DNA of 64,000 bases from Desulfobacterales bacterium (GTDB lineage Bacteria; Desulfobacterota; Desulfobacteria; Desulfobacterales; UBA2245): positions 124,001 through 188,000 of the forward strand of contig JAXGZF010000003.1 of assembly GCA_040771865.1 (NCBI GenBank), read 5' to 3'. The notes under the pieces were generated by a model. It saw only the letters and a list, made by a program, of their open reading frames with translations, was not told the DNA's origin and did no database searches. Positions 50,461-60,600 of the stretch are shown here, in pieces (position 1 is the stretch's first letter; every line of letters begins with the position of its first letter). Both the position numbers and the translations under genes were made by a program.

Positions 50461-51473
50461 CTGTTCCATCCTTTCCTGGCGTTGCGAAGCACCAGGGCGA
50501 AAAAGGGGATGCCCACCAGAGAGGTTAAGATTCCAATAGGGATCTCCACACTGAACATCAGACGCGCGATATTATCCACTATCAGCAGATAGGCGGCGCC
50601 GATCAATGCGGTTGAGGCCAGTAGAATGCGGTTGTCCGGCCCGACCAGCATGCGGGCGATATGCGGAATCAACAGGCCCACCCAGCCGATGATGCCGCCC
50701 ATGACTACTGTCAGCGCGCTGATAACGGTGGCCAGAAAGATAAATAAAAGACGGAGAAAACGGACATTGACGCCCAACGAACGGGCTTCTTCATCGCCCA
50801 TGCTCATCACATTCAAATATCCGGAAAGCAGCAGCAGAATCAGAATGCCGGCGGAAATCGGGCCGAATACGGCCAGAACCGTTGCCTTGTCAATGGCGGA
50901 AAGTCCGCCCATGAGCCAGTAGGTTATGGCCGGAAGCTGTTCGAACGGATCGGCCAGGTATTTGACCACCGAGAGCAGAGAAGTAAACAGCGCGCCGCTG
51001 ATGATGCCGCCCAGTATCAGCATCAGGAGCTGATTCCCGCGATTGACGGCAGACATTGCCAGAGCCGCCAGCACGGCGATCAGGCCGAATGAAAGGGCGC
51101 TCAACTGAACCACGAGCCAGTTGTTGGCGACGACCATGCCCAGAGCGGCGCCAAAGGAAGCGCCGGCAAGAACGCCCAGCAGACCTGGAGAAACCAGGGG
51201 ATTCATGAACATGGACTGAAAAACCGCGCCGGATACCGAAAGGCCTGCGCCGATCAGAATGGCCGCCGAAATGCGCGGCAGGCGGATGTCAAGCAGGATG
51301 TTTTTGAGGAGCTGGCAGCGGTGCTCGTTCATGACCGGCTGACCCGAAACCTGGAGGGAAACAAATCGGACCAGGTCGCCGGCGCCGACCGGATAACGTC
51401 CGACAGACAAGGAAACCAGCGCCGTCAGGCATAGTATGACAAACAGGACCGGAATCATCATGGATCGTTTCAT
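50457..51473 (-). CDS. FecCD/BtuC-family ABC permease
   Basis: IRLPR, NPLVSPGLLGV, WLMGGL and GWVGLLIPH. ATGA overlap with the upstream gene. Confidence 0.94.
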   Translation of the reverse strand: MKRSMMIPVLFVILCLTALVSLSVGRYPVGAGDLVRFVSLQVSGQPVMNEHRCQLLKNILLDIRLPRISAAILIGAGLSVSGAVFQSMFMNPLVSPGLLGVLAGASFGAALGMVVANNWLVVQLSALSFGLIAVLAALAMSAVNRGNQLLMLILGGIISGALFTSLLSVVKYLADPFEQLPAITYWLMGGLSAIDKATVLAVFGPISAGILILLLLSGYLNVMSMGDEEARSLGVNVRFLRLLFIFLATVISALTVVMGGIIGWVGLLIPHIARMLVGPDNRILLASTALIGAAYLLIVDNIARLMFSVEIPIGILTSLVGIPFFALVLRNARKGWNR

Positions 51474-52504
51474 GGCTGCAGAAGCTCTCGGGTTGCCGCC
51501 TCGTCCAGAGAGATATTCAAAAAGAGCTTGTAGAAATGGCGAGTCTCGGCTGCAAGATCGAGCGGATAAACCGAAGGATAGAGTTTGCATGTGAGCCAAT
51601 GGAGGCCAAGCAGGCGCATGAAGGACGGGGGACGGTCAAACCAGTTCAACGGTTCCTTTGGAATTCTGTACACGCGGCCGTCCTGAACGGCGCGGATATT
51701 TTTCCATCTGGAATCGGATGCGACCCGGTCGAGAAACGATGCGTCATGAGATACGATCGCCCGGGGGTCGTATTGCAGGAGCTGTTCCATGGATATCTTC
51801 TGCATGCCGTAACCTCTTTCATTGCTGCAGCGATGCACGTTTTTCCCGCCGCTCAGGTGAATCAGCTCGGCATGCAGCGACGCATGGCATTCGGTGCTCA
51901 GGCCGTCGGCGCTTTCGGCATAATAGACCGTGATCCGGTTTTCTTCCGGAATGGCCGCGCGTATCCGGTCTGTTTCATCAAGAGTTTTCTGAGCGTACCG
52001 GCTGAGAATGTCCGCTCTTTCATGTCGCTTGAGCAGTTGCCCGAGGAACTGAAAAACGGCCGGATAATCGTACAGATGGTCCACGGTAACATGCACCACC
52101 GGAATCCGCAGCGGCTTCAGGGTTTGTTCGATTTTTTCGCCGACGGCGGTTTCCTGCCATGTGCTGTCGACGATGATATCGGGTCCGACCTGCAGCAATG
52201 TTTCCAGGTTGGGGGTCCGTCCCTGGCCGAACCAGCCGCCGATTACCGGCAGTTTTTGCAGGCGCGGGTCCAGCATCCGACGCTCCGGCGGATTGAGGGG
52301 AACATTAAGTCCAGACAGCAGCCCGGGATCCATCGCATACAACAGACAGGTGGATGACGGCGAGGTGCAGTACACTTTTCGAATCTCGTCCGGAACGGTC
52401 ACCCTTTGGCCGGCCATGTCGATGATCTCCCCGGCTGCAGCATTTGGACCGAAGGGAGTGATGATGAAAAGCGCAACTAAACAGAAAACGCGGATTTTAA
52501 GCAT
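51470..52504 (-). CDS. Periplasmic binding protein, helical-backbone class III (start uncertain)
   Basis: IIDMAGQRV, GGWFGQG..PNLE, SMEQLLQYDP and WFDRPP motifs. Confidence 0.9.
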   Translation of the reverse strand: MLKIRVFCLVALFIITPFGPNAAAGEIIDMAGQRVTVPDEIRKVYCTSPSSTCLLYAMDPGLLSGLNVPLNPPERRMLDPRLQKLPVIGGWFGQGRTPNLETLLQVGPDIIVDSTWQETAVGEKIEQTLKPLRIPVVHVTVDHLYDYPAVFQFLGQLLKRHERADILSRYAQKTLDETDRIRAAIPEENRITVYYAESADGLSTECHASLHAELIHLSGGKNVHRCSNERGYGMQKISMEQLLQYDPRAIVSHDASFLDRVASDSRWKNIRAVQDGRVYRIPKEPLNWFDRPPSFMRLLGLHWLTCKLYPSVYPLDLAAETRHFYKLFLNISLDEAATRELLQP

Positions 52505-52547
52505 TAAGTCTTTCTGTCTTCCGGTCATGCCCCCAATTCCGGCATAT

Positions 52548-53393
52548 TCATGTTTCAGCAAAATCTTCATCCGGAACGTCCCACCAGATGACGGCCCAGC
52601 GCACCGGCGGCACGTCCGGCAATACCCAGCTGCCGTTTTGCCGGACCAGATGATCCTGGAAAAAAATCCTCAGCCGCTTTTCCTCATCAGGCGTCATATC
52701 GTCCACCATCCACCGGCTTTTATTCAGCGCGTCCTCGTGGTCCGCGTAGGTCCGGTTCACCGGATGGAAGGTAAAGGAAAGATTGGCGTAGATTCCCATC
52801 TGATGCAGGAGATTCAGGATGTAGATATAACCGGGGCTGGGGACATAATCCCGGCCGGCGGCGTTGATGATGCGCCGGACGGCGGGACCGTCGCCCACGA
52901 CGGCGGAAACATAGACGCGTTTGCGGGCAAACCGGTTGAGTTTGATGATGGCGCTCTTTAAATCCTCGATGTTCACGGAGCGGGATGCGATTACCACATC
53001 GTGCGAGTCGATTCCAATACGCTCCCAGTCGTCTTCCCAGGCCGCCAGAACGGGTTGAATGTTTTTGATGGTTTTCGTCGCGCATTCCTGTCTGAGTATG
53101 GAAAGCATGCTTTCCGAAAAATCCATGGCGGTGATGGAAGCGACGCGTTCCGCCAGCGGAATGGCGATCGTGCCGGACCCGCAGCCCACGTCCAGAATGC
53201 GCCAGGCCGGATCGGGGTCCAGTATCCTGATGAACTGATGCGGATAATCGCTTTTATGCGCCTGATGATCCGAAAAGTCGCGGGCGCGTCTGTTCCAGTA
53301 CACCGCCCCCTTGGGTGCGCGGTTCAGACGTTTCCGGCGTTGCGCGGCCCGCCAGGCAAGGTTCCAGTCGATTTGATCAATATCTGTTTTCAT
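52548..53393 (-). CDS. Class I SAM-dependent methyltransferase
   Basis: YWNRRA..F, ILDVGCGSG, HDVVIASRS and YIYILNLLHQMGI. This type is commonly found beside FecCD transporters. Confidence 0.9.
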   Translation of the reverse strand: MKTDIDQIDWNLAWRAAQRRKRLNRAPKGAVYWNRRARDFSDHQAHKSDYPHQFIRILDPDPAWRILDVGCGSGTIAIPLAERVASITAMDFSESMLSILRQECATKTIKNIQPVLAAWEDDWERIGIDSHDVVIASRSVNIEDLKSAIIKLNRFARKRVYVSAVVGDGPAVRRIINAAGRDYVPSPGYIYILNLLHQMGIYANLSFTFHPVNRTYADHEDALNKSRWMVDDMTPDEEKRLRIFFQDHLVRQNGSWVLPDVPPVRWAVIWWDVPDEDFAET

Positions 53394-53420
53394 GATTGAG
53401 AAACGCGTTTCACTGGAAAA

Positions 53421-53496
53421 GTATTTTTAAAACTACATTAATACGCTTATAAACGACAAGAAAAACCTTCTAACACGTGCCGTGTACAGGTGTCAA
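53421..53496 (-). promoter_or_regulatory. Putative sigma-70 promoter with downstream dyad operator
   Basis: TTGACA (53496-53491), 18-nt spacer with TG, TAGAAG. Downstream dyad GTATT-N14-AATAC at 53421-53444. Confidence 0.5.
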
Positions 53497-54028
53497 GATG
53501 CAATTCCATTCCAAAAACCACGTTCGGCGTTTCTCAGACGGGTAATACGCCTGAATCGGTTCAAAATGCAGTCCGGACGGATAGAAGCGGCATGGAGATA
53601 CCGGTTCATCAGCGCAAGTTTTTTGGAACCTGTTTATGCTTGACGGCGAAACGGGAGGGGTTGTCGGAGATGCCTTGCGCCATTCACGCGCACAAAGAAT
53701 CATAACCCCGAAACATCGCAGTACTGGTTTGAATCCCTGCAAGGCGAATCATGCGACTTTTTATCTGTGTCTTCTTGGCGACGCAGCCAATCCGCTTGTC
53801 ATCAGTGTCATGATTCTGGGCGCATGTGCCTTGCGTTCTTGCCATCAGACGGGTTCCCGGCGTTGCCGGGCCCGAAGTGGTGTGGACTGATGGAAGTTTT
53901 AATATCAACGGCGATCAGAGCGGATACGGAATGCTCGGCCCCTGTGTTTTTATACCGGTCGGCGCCGGCCTGCTGCTGATTGGGGGGCGCAAGAAAGGTT
54001 AAAAAAGCCGCTGTTCCAGGAAACGCGA

Positions 54029-55309
54029 CTAGAGTTTCAGTTTTTCCGCCAGATATTCCATGTAGCGGGATTTTACCTGTTTGCCGGCCGTAATCCTTTT
54101 GACGGGGGGCAGACGCAGAATAACACCTGTGACCGCGGCAAGGGCGCGATGATTCCACATCACGCGGTTGTCAAAAATCATGTGCTGAAGAGTTCCGCGT
54201 TCAATGGCCATCATAACGGTTTTATGCACCGAATTCACCGGCGTGATGACCCGTTTTCCGCGTGCACGAAGCGAGATGGCTCCCTGCGGGCAGGCCCGCG
54301 CACACACGCCGCACCCCAGACAGATCTCTTCGTTGACGCGCGCTTTTTTCTTTTTCGGCTCGTGCGGATCATTCGCAGATACCAGACCAACGGCCTCCAC
54401 CGGGCAGGCGGAAACGCACCTGCCGCAGCCGCTGCACCGTGAGGCATCCACAAACGGAATGAAATTTGAGGTATGCACCGGATGCAGCATTCCAAATTTT
54501 CTGGCGGCAATCATGGCTTCGCAGCAGCATCCGCAGCAGTTGCAGATAAAGTTCACGCTCTTTCGAACATTTTCTCCGAACTGAACCAGTCCATGCCCAT
54601 AGGCCTGCTGCAACAGATCGAGCCCCTCGCCGATATCGACTTCCCGTGCGAACCCATGCTTTATCAATGACCGGGCCGAGGTGTTGAATGTCATGCAGAT
54701 ATCCATCGGCGCATCGCAGTTGCGGCCCAGATGCCTCATTTTGTGACGGCAGTAACACATGCTGATTCCCCGATGAGTTGCCGTGCGGATCACCTCGCTG
54801 GCACGCTCGTAATCGAGCACATGCACGCCGTTTTCGGAAGAAAGCATGGACTCCTGTACGAAAATCCGGCCGATCTGGGTTTCTCCATTGACGAACAGGC
54901 TGAGAATAAACTCCTCTTCAACATTGATGTACTGGTAGAAAAGTTCCGCCAGGAGATGCTGATCGATGTCGCCGCGTGTCCTCATCATGGAAAATTCAAA
55001 AAAACCGGCCATGGGCGGAGGCAGAACATAGGTGGTGCGGCCTTCGCATTCGATATCCACCAGCAGGGCGCGACCGGCCAGATTGTCCAGAATCGCCCAT
55101 GCCTGCGCCGGTTTCATTTTCCATGCTTTGGCTGCCTGTTCTGCGGTGAACGGCTTGATGGGAAGCAGAGCGATCAGCTCCGCTTCCCGTTCGCTGAAAA
55201 GAATTTTAAGAATCCTGTAGAGGGTCTCCGATGGCGGCGCGCCCTGCGGAAAACGATTCAGGCGGTCGACCAGCTCCGAGTATCCGGATCGATGTGAAAT
55301 GTGCGACAT
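54029..55309 (-). CDS. 4Fe-4S dicluster domain-containing protein
   Basis: CYCRH, ICNCCGCCC, CSGCGRCVSACP and CLGCGVCARACP motifs. Confidence 0.9.
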   Translation of the reverse strand: MSHISHRSGYSELVDRLNRFPQGAPPSETLYRILKILFSEREAELIALLPIKPFTAEQAAKAWKMKPAQAWAILDNLAGRALLVDIECEGRTTYVLPPPMAGFFEFSMMRTRGDIDQHLLAELFYQYINVEEEFILSLFVNGETQIGRIFVQESMLSSENGVHVLDYERASEVIRTATHRGISMCYCRHKMRHLGRNCDAPMDICMTFNTSARSLIKHGFAREVDIGEGLDLLQQAYGHGLVQFGENVRKSVNFICNCCGCCCEAMIAARKFGMLHPVHTSNFIPFVDASRCSGCGRCVSACPVEAVGLVSANDPHEPKKKKARVNEEICLGCGVCARACPQGAISLRARGKRVITPVNSVHKTVMMAIERGTLQHMIFDNRVMWNHRALAAVTGVILRLPPVKRITAGKQVKSRYMEYLAEKLKL

Positions 55310-55381
55310 GACAAGTTATATGCTGTTGAATCCAAACACGCTCAAACGGTTCTGGTTTTCAGGAGGCTTCAAACCGGGCCA

Positions 55382-56302
55382 TCATTTCAGGAAGCCCTGA
55401 ATAATCCGGTTTACCGCCTCATCATAAGTCAGCCCCAGGCTCATCAGCTTGGTCAGTTGATCGCTCGCAATCTTGCCGATCGAGGCTTCATGGGTTAATT
55501 CCGCATCGGGATGGCCGGCTTTGAGCGACGGCATGGTTTCATTGGTGCCGTTATCCATAATGATCGCATCACATTCAATATGACCGAAACATTTGTTTTG
55601 CGCATCTATCGTCGCGTAAAAAGTCTGTTTGGAGTCGCCCTTCATCACGGAGCGTGAAATCATGTTGGCCCGGCTTCCCGCGCCTTTTAAAACAATATTG
55701 TTCGTTGATACGGCGGTCTGATTTCCATCCGTCAAAACCCTTTCCGTGATCAGCAGCAGACTGTCCGCTGCCAGCACCGCCTCATTGGCCCGGCTGGCTT
55801 CATCCACGCCGGCAATCTGGGTCAATTCCATCGCCGCCTCCGCGCCTTCGGCCAGAAACACCCTGGTGGTCGGATTGAGCGTCCGGCGGCCCCTGCCGTC
55901 GCCCGAGGCATAATGTTTTTCAACATAGGTCACCTTCGCCCTCTTGCCTACCTGGAAATCATGGATGCCCGCGTGGCCCTCAGGCTCGGATGTGCCGCAG
56001 TGAATCCCGCAGCCGGCAACAATCGTCACCTCGGCATCTTCCCCGATAATAAAGGAATTATGGACCACGTCATACAGACCGGCCTGACTCAGAATAACGG
56101 GAATATGAACCGATTCGTTTTTGGTCCCCGGTTTGATGGTGACGACAATGCCCGTATTGTCGGCGTTGGTTTCGATATCGATATTTGCCGATACCTTCCG
56201 GCTCAGGAGTTTGCCGTTTTTCCGTATGTTGTAGGCGCCTTTTGGCAGCCCTTCCAGATCGGCGACTGCCTTTAACAACGATTTATCTAAAGCATTGAGC
56301 AT
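55382..56302 (-). CDS. SufB/SufD-family Fe-S scaffold (minimal SMS-type SmsB)
   Basis: VHIPVI, AGCGIH, GHIECDAII and AELTHEASIGKIA..QL.KLMSLGL motifs. Confidence 0.88.
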   Translation of the reverse strand: MLNALDKSLLKAVADLEGLPKGAYNIRKNGKLLSRKVSANIDIETNADNTGIVVTIKPGTKNESVHIPVILSQAGLYDVVHNSFIIGEDAEVTIVAGCGIHCGTSEPEGHAGIHDFQVGKRAKVTYVEKHYASGDGRGRRTLNPTTRVFLAEGAEAAMELTQIAGVDEASRANEAVLAADSLLLITERVLTDGNQTAVSTNNIVLKGAGSRANMISRSVMKGDSKQTFYATIDAQNKCFGHIECDAIIMDNGTNETMPSLKAGHPDAELTHEASIGKIASDQLTKLMSLGLTYDEAVNRIIQGFLK

Positions 56303-57041
56303 CACGGTCTCCTTCACAGCTGTCCCGATAGGTGCATACACTCAAATCTTCCAGAAGCGGCAGCGCGTCTTTCAGGTTTCCGCTATAGACAATCTTGCCT
56401 GAGTTGATGATAATCACGATGTCTGCGGCCTCCAGAAAGGCTCTGTTATGACTGACCACGATGGTGGTTGTCTGCTTTTCGGCCGCTTCTTTTTTCAGCA
56501 GACTCACCATCGGTCCAATGGTCCATAAATCGATTCCCGTATCCGGCTCGTCGTATATCGCCAGGCTGGGGCTGGCGGCAATCGTCGTCGCCAGCTCCAT
56601 TTTCTTGATTTCGCCGCCGGACAGCCTTGCATCCACTTCTTTATCCAGAAAGGACAGCGGACAGATGCCCACCCGCCTCATGATCCCCAGAAGTTCATTC
56701 TCATCTTCGATGCCGGTGGCAACGGTCAGAAGCTCCCGGAATGTAATGCCTTTGAACCGCGCGGGCTGCTGAAAGCTGTAAGCGATTCCCGCTTTGGCCC
56801 GCTCGGTGATCGTCCAGTCCGCGATATCCTGACCATTATAGAGAATGGTGCCTTGCGATACCGGATAGATGCCCATGATCAGTTTGGCCAGTGTGGTCTT
56901 GCCGCTGCCGTTGGGTCCGGTGATCGCGTAAAATTTCCCGGCTTCAAACGTGAAATTGACTCCGTCAATGATGTTGAGCAGATCCTCTCTGTTTTCTTCA
57001 CTTTTCGGTACGGAGAAAAATACGTTTTTTAATTCCAGCAT
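56283..57041 (-). CDS. sufC: SufC-like ABC ATPase (SmsC)
   Basis: GPNGSGKT, ITERAKAGI...FQQP, LSGGEIKK.E and DEPDTGID, with a Cys-containing C-terminal tail. Confidence 0.85.
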   Translation of the reverse strand: MLELKNVFFSVPKSEENREDLLNIIDGVNFTFEAGKFYAITGPNGSGKTTLAKLIMGIYPVSQGTILYNGQDIADWTITERAKAGIAYSFQQPARFKGITFRELLTVATGIEDENELLGIMRRVGICPLSFLDKEVDARLSGGEIKKMELATTIAASPSLAIYDEPDTGIDLWTIGPMVSLLKKEAAEKQTTTIVVSHNRAFLEAADIVIIINSGKIVYSGNLKDALPLLEDLSVCTYRDSCEGDRDAQCFR

Positions 57042-57392
57042 AAGTATGCCTTTTCTTTAACATTTGTAAGCTGACGTTTGATCGTTCAGCGCGTCTCTAT
57101 TATTGTCTGTGTACCATCCCTTTGCCTTTCCGGCAATGCGCCGTCGCTTTGAGATTCCGGCGCAACAGTCTGCATCCATGAAAAGGGCCGGCTGAAACCG
57201 CCGGCGGGCCGGATGTCCGCGATCCGGCAGGATGAGATTCAAAGCTGGTTCCCCCCGTGTCGAGTTCCGGACGACATGGTGTTCTATCAATTTCTGCGGA
57301 TCGGTTCCCGTATTCGATATGGCAATATTATCATAATTGCAGTATTTTAAAAGAAATATTGCTTTTTAAACATGAACGGACGGCATTTCTAA

Positions 57393-57535
57393 CGGGTTGT
57401 TGAAAAACAAGAATCGGGTCGTCAGGCAAGGCGCGCGGTGATGCGACAAGCGCGGTATATTCAAGCTTATGTGAGCATTGGCGAGAACTGCGCAACGCTG
57501 AATGTCGGCCCTGGGCGCAGTTTTTCAACAGCCCG
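57393..57535. mobile_element. 143-bp MITE-like element with 16-bp terminal inverted repeats and CTAA target duplication
   Basis: Left CGGGTTGTTGAAAAAC and right GTTTTTCAACAGCCCG (15/16 match). CTAA flanks both ends (57389-92, 57536-39). No transposase. Confidence 0.8.
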
Positions 57536-57567
57536 CTAACCCGGACTTTTCAGGAAAGGAGGTTTCC

Positions 57568-58179
57568 ATGAAGGTACTGGTCGTTTACTATTCGATGTAT
57601 GGACACGTCTACAAGTTGGCACAAGCGGCTGCCGAAGGGGCGCGGTCGGTGGAGAATGTGGAGGCCATGCTCCGACGGGTTCCGGAAACCCTGCCCGAGG
57701 AGGTGTTGGAAAAGATGGGCGCCATTAAAGCTCAGAAACTCCAGGCCGATGTGCCGGTGTGCACTGTAGACGAGCTGGGCCAGGCCGATGCAGTCATTTT
57801 TGGAACTCCGACCCGGTTCGGCAATATGTGCGGCCAGATGCGGCAGTTCCTCGATGCGACGGGAGGGCTGTGGGTGAAGGGAGCGCTGGTCGGGAAGGCG
57901 GGAAGCGTGATCACCAGCTCGAACACCCAGCACGGCGGACAGGAATCCACGATTCTCAGTTTCCATATTACCCTGCTGCATCACGGCATGGTCATTATCG
58001 GCCTGCCGTATGCGTTCCAGGGGCAGATGACCATGGATGAGATCAGCGGCGGTTCTCCATACGGCGCATCCACCATCGCCGGCGGGGACGGAAGCCGTTT
58101 TCCGAGCGAGAACGAGCTTGCCGGCGCCCGTTACCAGGGAGAACGCGTTGCACGAATCGCAAGAAAACTGACGGCGTGA
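57568..58179 (+). CDS. wrbA: NAD(P)H:quinone oxidoreductase WrbA
   Basis: [30 protein letters not shown] and GGSPYGA motifs. AAGGAGG RBS. Confidence 0.96.
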   Translation: MKVLVVYYSMYGHVYKLAQAAAEGARSVENVEAMLRRVPETLPEEVLEKMGAIKAQKLQADVPVCTVDELGQADAVIFGTPTRFGNMCGQMRQFLDATGGLWVKGALVGKAGSVITSSNTQHGGQESTILSFHITLLHHGMVIIGLPYAFQGQMTMDEISGGSPYGASTIAGGDGSRFPSENELAGARYQGERVARIARKLTA

Positions 58180-58245
58180 GCAAAAAAGCGCTAACAGGGC
58201 GCAGTACCGGCGGCAACAATAAACCGCTGCACGAAAGGAATAAGC

Positions 58246-58623
58246 GTGAAATACGTACTTAGACCTGAGGACGGAAGAAATGAACCGATCAAAGATCTGG
58301 ACAATGCAACCCGAATCGTACTGGTGGACAGGGACACGGTCGGCGCGCAAGATATCACCTTTGCCTACTGCCGGTTTGAGGCCGAAACATCATCGCACAA
58401 GAAACATACCCATCAGAACGCCGAAGAGGTGATTTACATCCTTTCCGGAAGAGGAATCAGCGGGGTTGGCGAAAAAGAGGTTGAGATGAAACAGGGGGAT
58501 ACGATGTTCGTCCCGCGCGGCGCGGTCCACTGGTTTTACAATCCGTTTCCGGAGCCGGTCGAGATGCTGTTCGTCTATACGAGGCCGTCGTTGAAATCGG
58601 CCGGGTATCGAATCGTCGAGTGA
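58246..58623 (+). CDS. Cupin domain protein
   Basis: HTH..AEEVIYILSG.G...GD.MFVPRG.VH cupin motifs. Confidence 0.88.
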   Translation: MKYVLRPEDGRNEPIKDLDNATRIVLVDRDTVGAQDITFAYCRFEAETSSHKKHTHQNAEEVIYILSGRGISGVGEKEVEMKQGDTMFVPRGAVHWFYNPFPEPVEMLFVYTRPSLKSAGYRIVE

Positions 58624-58655
58624 AAAGCCCTCGCCGGGCGACGGAGGATCGAAAA

Positions 58656-58856
58656 ATGCAAGAAGAAACCGTCCGATGTCCGGAATGCGGCTCGAATGAA
58701 ATCGTTTCAATTGTATACGGTTATCCGTCCAAGGAACAATTCGAGGCCGAGGATCGGGGCGAAATTGCCTTGGGCGGTTGCTCGGCGGATGTCTTGAGAC
58801 CGGTCTGGCAGTGCAAAAACTGCCGGCACATGTTCGGGAGGATGATGTGGAAATGA
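58656..58856 (+). CDS. Small Cys-rich (Zn-ribbon-like) hypothetical protein
   Basis: CPECGS...IVYGYP...LGGC...CKNC. GGAGGA RBS. Confidence 0.7.
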   Translation: MQEETVRCPECGSNEIVSIVYGYPSKEQFEAEDRGEIALGGCSADVLRPVWQCKNCRHMFGRMMWK

Positions 58857-59243
58857 GAAACCATGTGCCTGGATCGTATAGAATAGCCTTCCACGGAAAA
58901 TGTATCCCTTGATGTCGGAACAAGAAGGTTTATAGGAAATATTTTGCGCCACAAAAGCACCACAAATATTCATCAATTCATTTTGTTGGCCTGAAAATAC
59001 ATATTTCAAAATGTATTGGCATGAACCAATACCAAGAACAACCAGAAACGGAAAATAGAGGGCTTGATATCTTTTTCAAATTTTTACAACGAAAAGCAGT
59101 GGCATCATAACTTTGACAGGAAGGCCCCGGTTGTGGTTTACTTCGATTCAATATATAAAAAACAGACTTCGGCATGAACATGAATCCAGGGCAGTTTCAC
59201 ACTTATAAATTCCTGTTTCCTGTCTGAAGAAACCAGACCACCT

Positions 59244-60515
59244 CTAATACGGGCACCAGTCAAGAGGCAGCACTCGTATCGTGTCGCCTGCCTTTACGAC
59301 AGACCCTTCCGGAATAATTGCAAGAGAATTGGCCGATGCCATGGAAGCCAACGGACCCATTTTCTCAGAAATATTGAGTGTTACTCGATATTCTCCTTCC
59401 ATCTCCTGTAAATGTGTATACTTTGCAAATACCATTGTCTTCTTGTGCTTGATCGAGTCCAGTGCAGTTGCTTCAATCAAAGGATGAATAACTTTTGTAA
59501 ACCCAAGCATCTTGAGGAGAGCAGGCCGCACTAGTGTTTCAAAGTTGATCAGACATCCCGCAGGGGGGCCAGATAGGGAGAACATGGGTATTGCGGCACC
59601 TGCGCCAGCGGCGGCGGAGAATCGCTTAATTACGCCAAAAGTAACCGCTGCTCCCGGAGTCATCTTGATTCTGGTAAACACAAGTTCTCCGATTTTCCCC
59701 AGCACAAGCCGGACTAAATCATAGTCACCTTTGGAAACACCGCCGCTGGTGATGATGGCATCAGCAGTCATTCCTTTTCGTATTTTAGAGATAAGAGCGG
59801 GTTCTTTGTCACGGGCAATCCCCAGAATTTTCGGTATGCCGCCATAATGTGCCACTAATGACGCAATCGCAGCCGAATTGCAGTTATAGGTTTTACCGGC
59901 AGCCAACGGTTTCCCAAGATTTATCAATTCATCACCAGTGGCTATTATCGCAACAACAGGGCGACGAATCACCTTAATCTGTATTTTCCCAATAGATGCA
60001 AGGGCAGAGCATTGCATTGGACCGATTAGCCTTCCTTCCGGTACGATGAGCGTCCCTTTTCGGACATTACTCCCGATCGGGCGTATGTTGGCTCCCGGCG
60101 GCATCGCAGCGTATATTTTTACCTCTGATGGATTACTTCTATTGGGTCCATTTTTGTCTCCAGGCTCATCCGTATCCTCAAATCGGACAACGCAATCGGC
60201 GCCTCTCGGCAGTACGGATCCGGTCATGATACGAATGGCATTTCCTGGCTTTACAATACAACTGGACAGATGACCTGCGCGAACCGATGCAATGATGCAA
60301 AGGACTACAGGATTATTTTGAAGGGCGCCTTTAATGTCCTCAGCCCTTACGGCATATCCGTCATAGCCGGAGATGGCCGATTGGGGCAAATCATAATCAG
60401 CATGAATATTTTCAGCCGATATTTGACCGATGGATCCGAGGAGGGGTTTCTCCTCAATCTCCAGACGCGTGATGTTCTTGAGTAGCTTCTCCAGAGCCTC
60501 TTGATAACTTATCAT
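59244..60515 (-). CDS. moeA: Molybdopterin molybdotransferase MoeA (gephyrin E-like), divergent
   Basis: DGYAVR, RIMTG..LP.GAD.VV..E, TGDEL and SGGVSKGDYD motifs. Confidence 0.9.
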   Translation of the reverse strand: MISYQEALEKLLKNITRLEIEEKPLLGSIGQISAENIHADYDLPQSAISGYDGYAVRAEDIKGALQNNPVVLCIIASVRAGHLSSCIVKPGNAIRIMTGSVLPRGADCVVRFEDTDEPGDKNGPNRSNPSEVKIYAAMPPGANIRPIGSNVRKGTLIVPEGRLIGPMQCSALASIGKIQIKVIRRPVVAIIATGDELINLGKPLAAGKTYNCNSAAIASLVAHYGGIPKILGIARDKEPALISKIRKGMTADAIITSGGVSKGDYDLVRLVLGKIGELVFTRIKMTPGAAVTFGVIKRFSAAAGAGAAIPMFSLSGPPAGCLINFETLVRPALLKMLGFTKVIHPLIEATALDSIKHKKTMVFAKYTHLQEMEGEYRVTLNISEKMGPLASMASANSLAIIPEGSVVKAGDTIRVLPLDWCPY

Positions 60516-60600
60516 TCTTTCTCTCTTTATGTATTGAATGCCATGGCAGCGATAACACTTTCAGCGCCAACACATCACCAACGGATTACATATATGGTTT

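Noticed and set aside
53394..54028. Cobalamin riboswitch expected upstream of a BtuFCD-like operon
   Set aside because: No B12-box or GCCACTG...GGGAAG core was found by eye here or at 49353-49626. An Rfam scan would settle it.
57502..57567. N-terminal extension of WrbA in the ORF track
   Set aside because: It derives from the MITE. A strong AAGGAGG RBS marks ATG 57568 as the start.
58860..59240. Short ORFs in the AT-rich gap before moeA
   Set aside because: No recognisable motifs or RBS. It may be a gene relic, but I cannot support a call.
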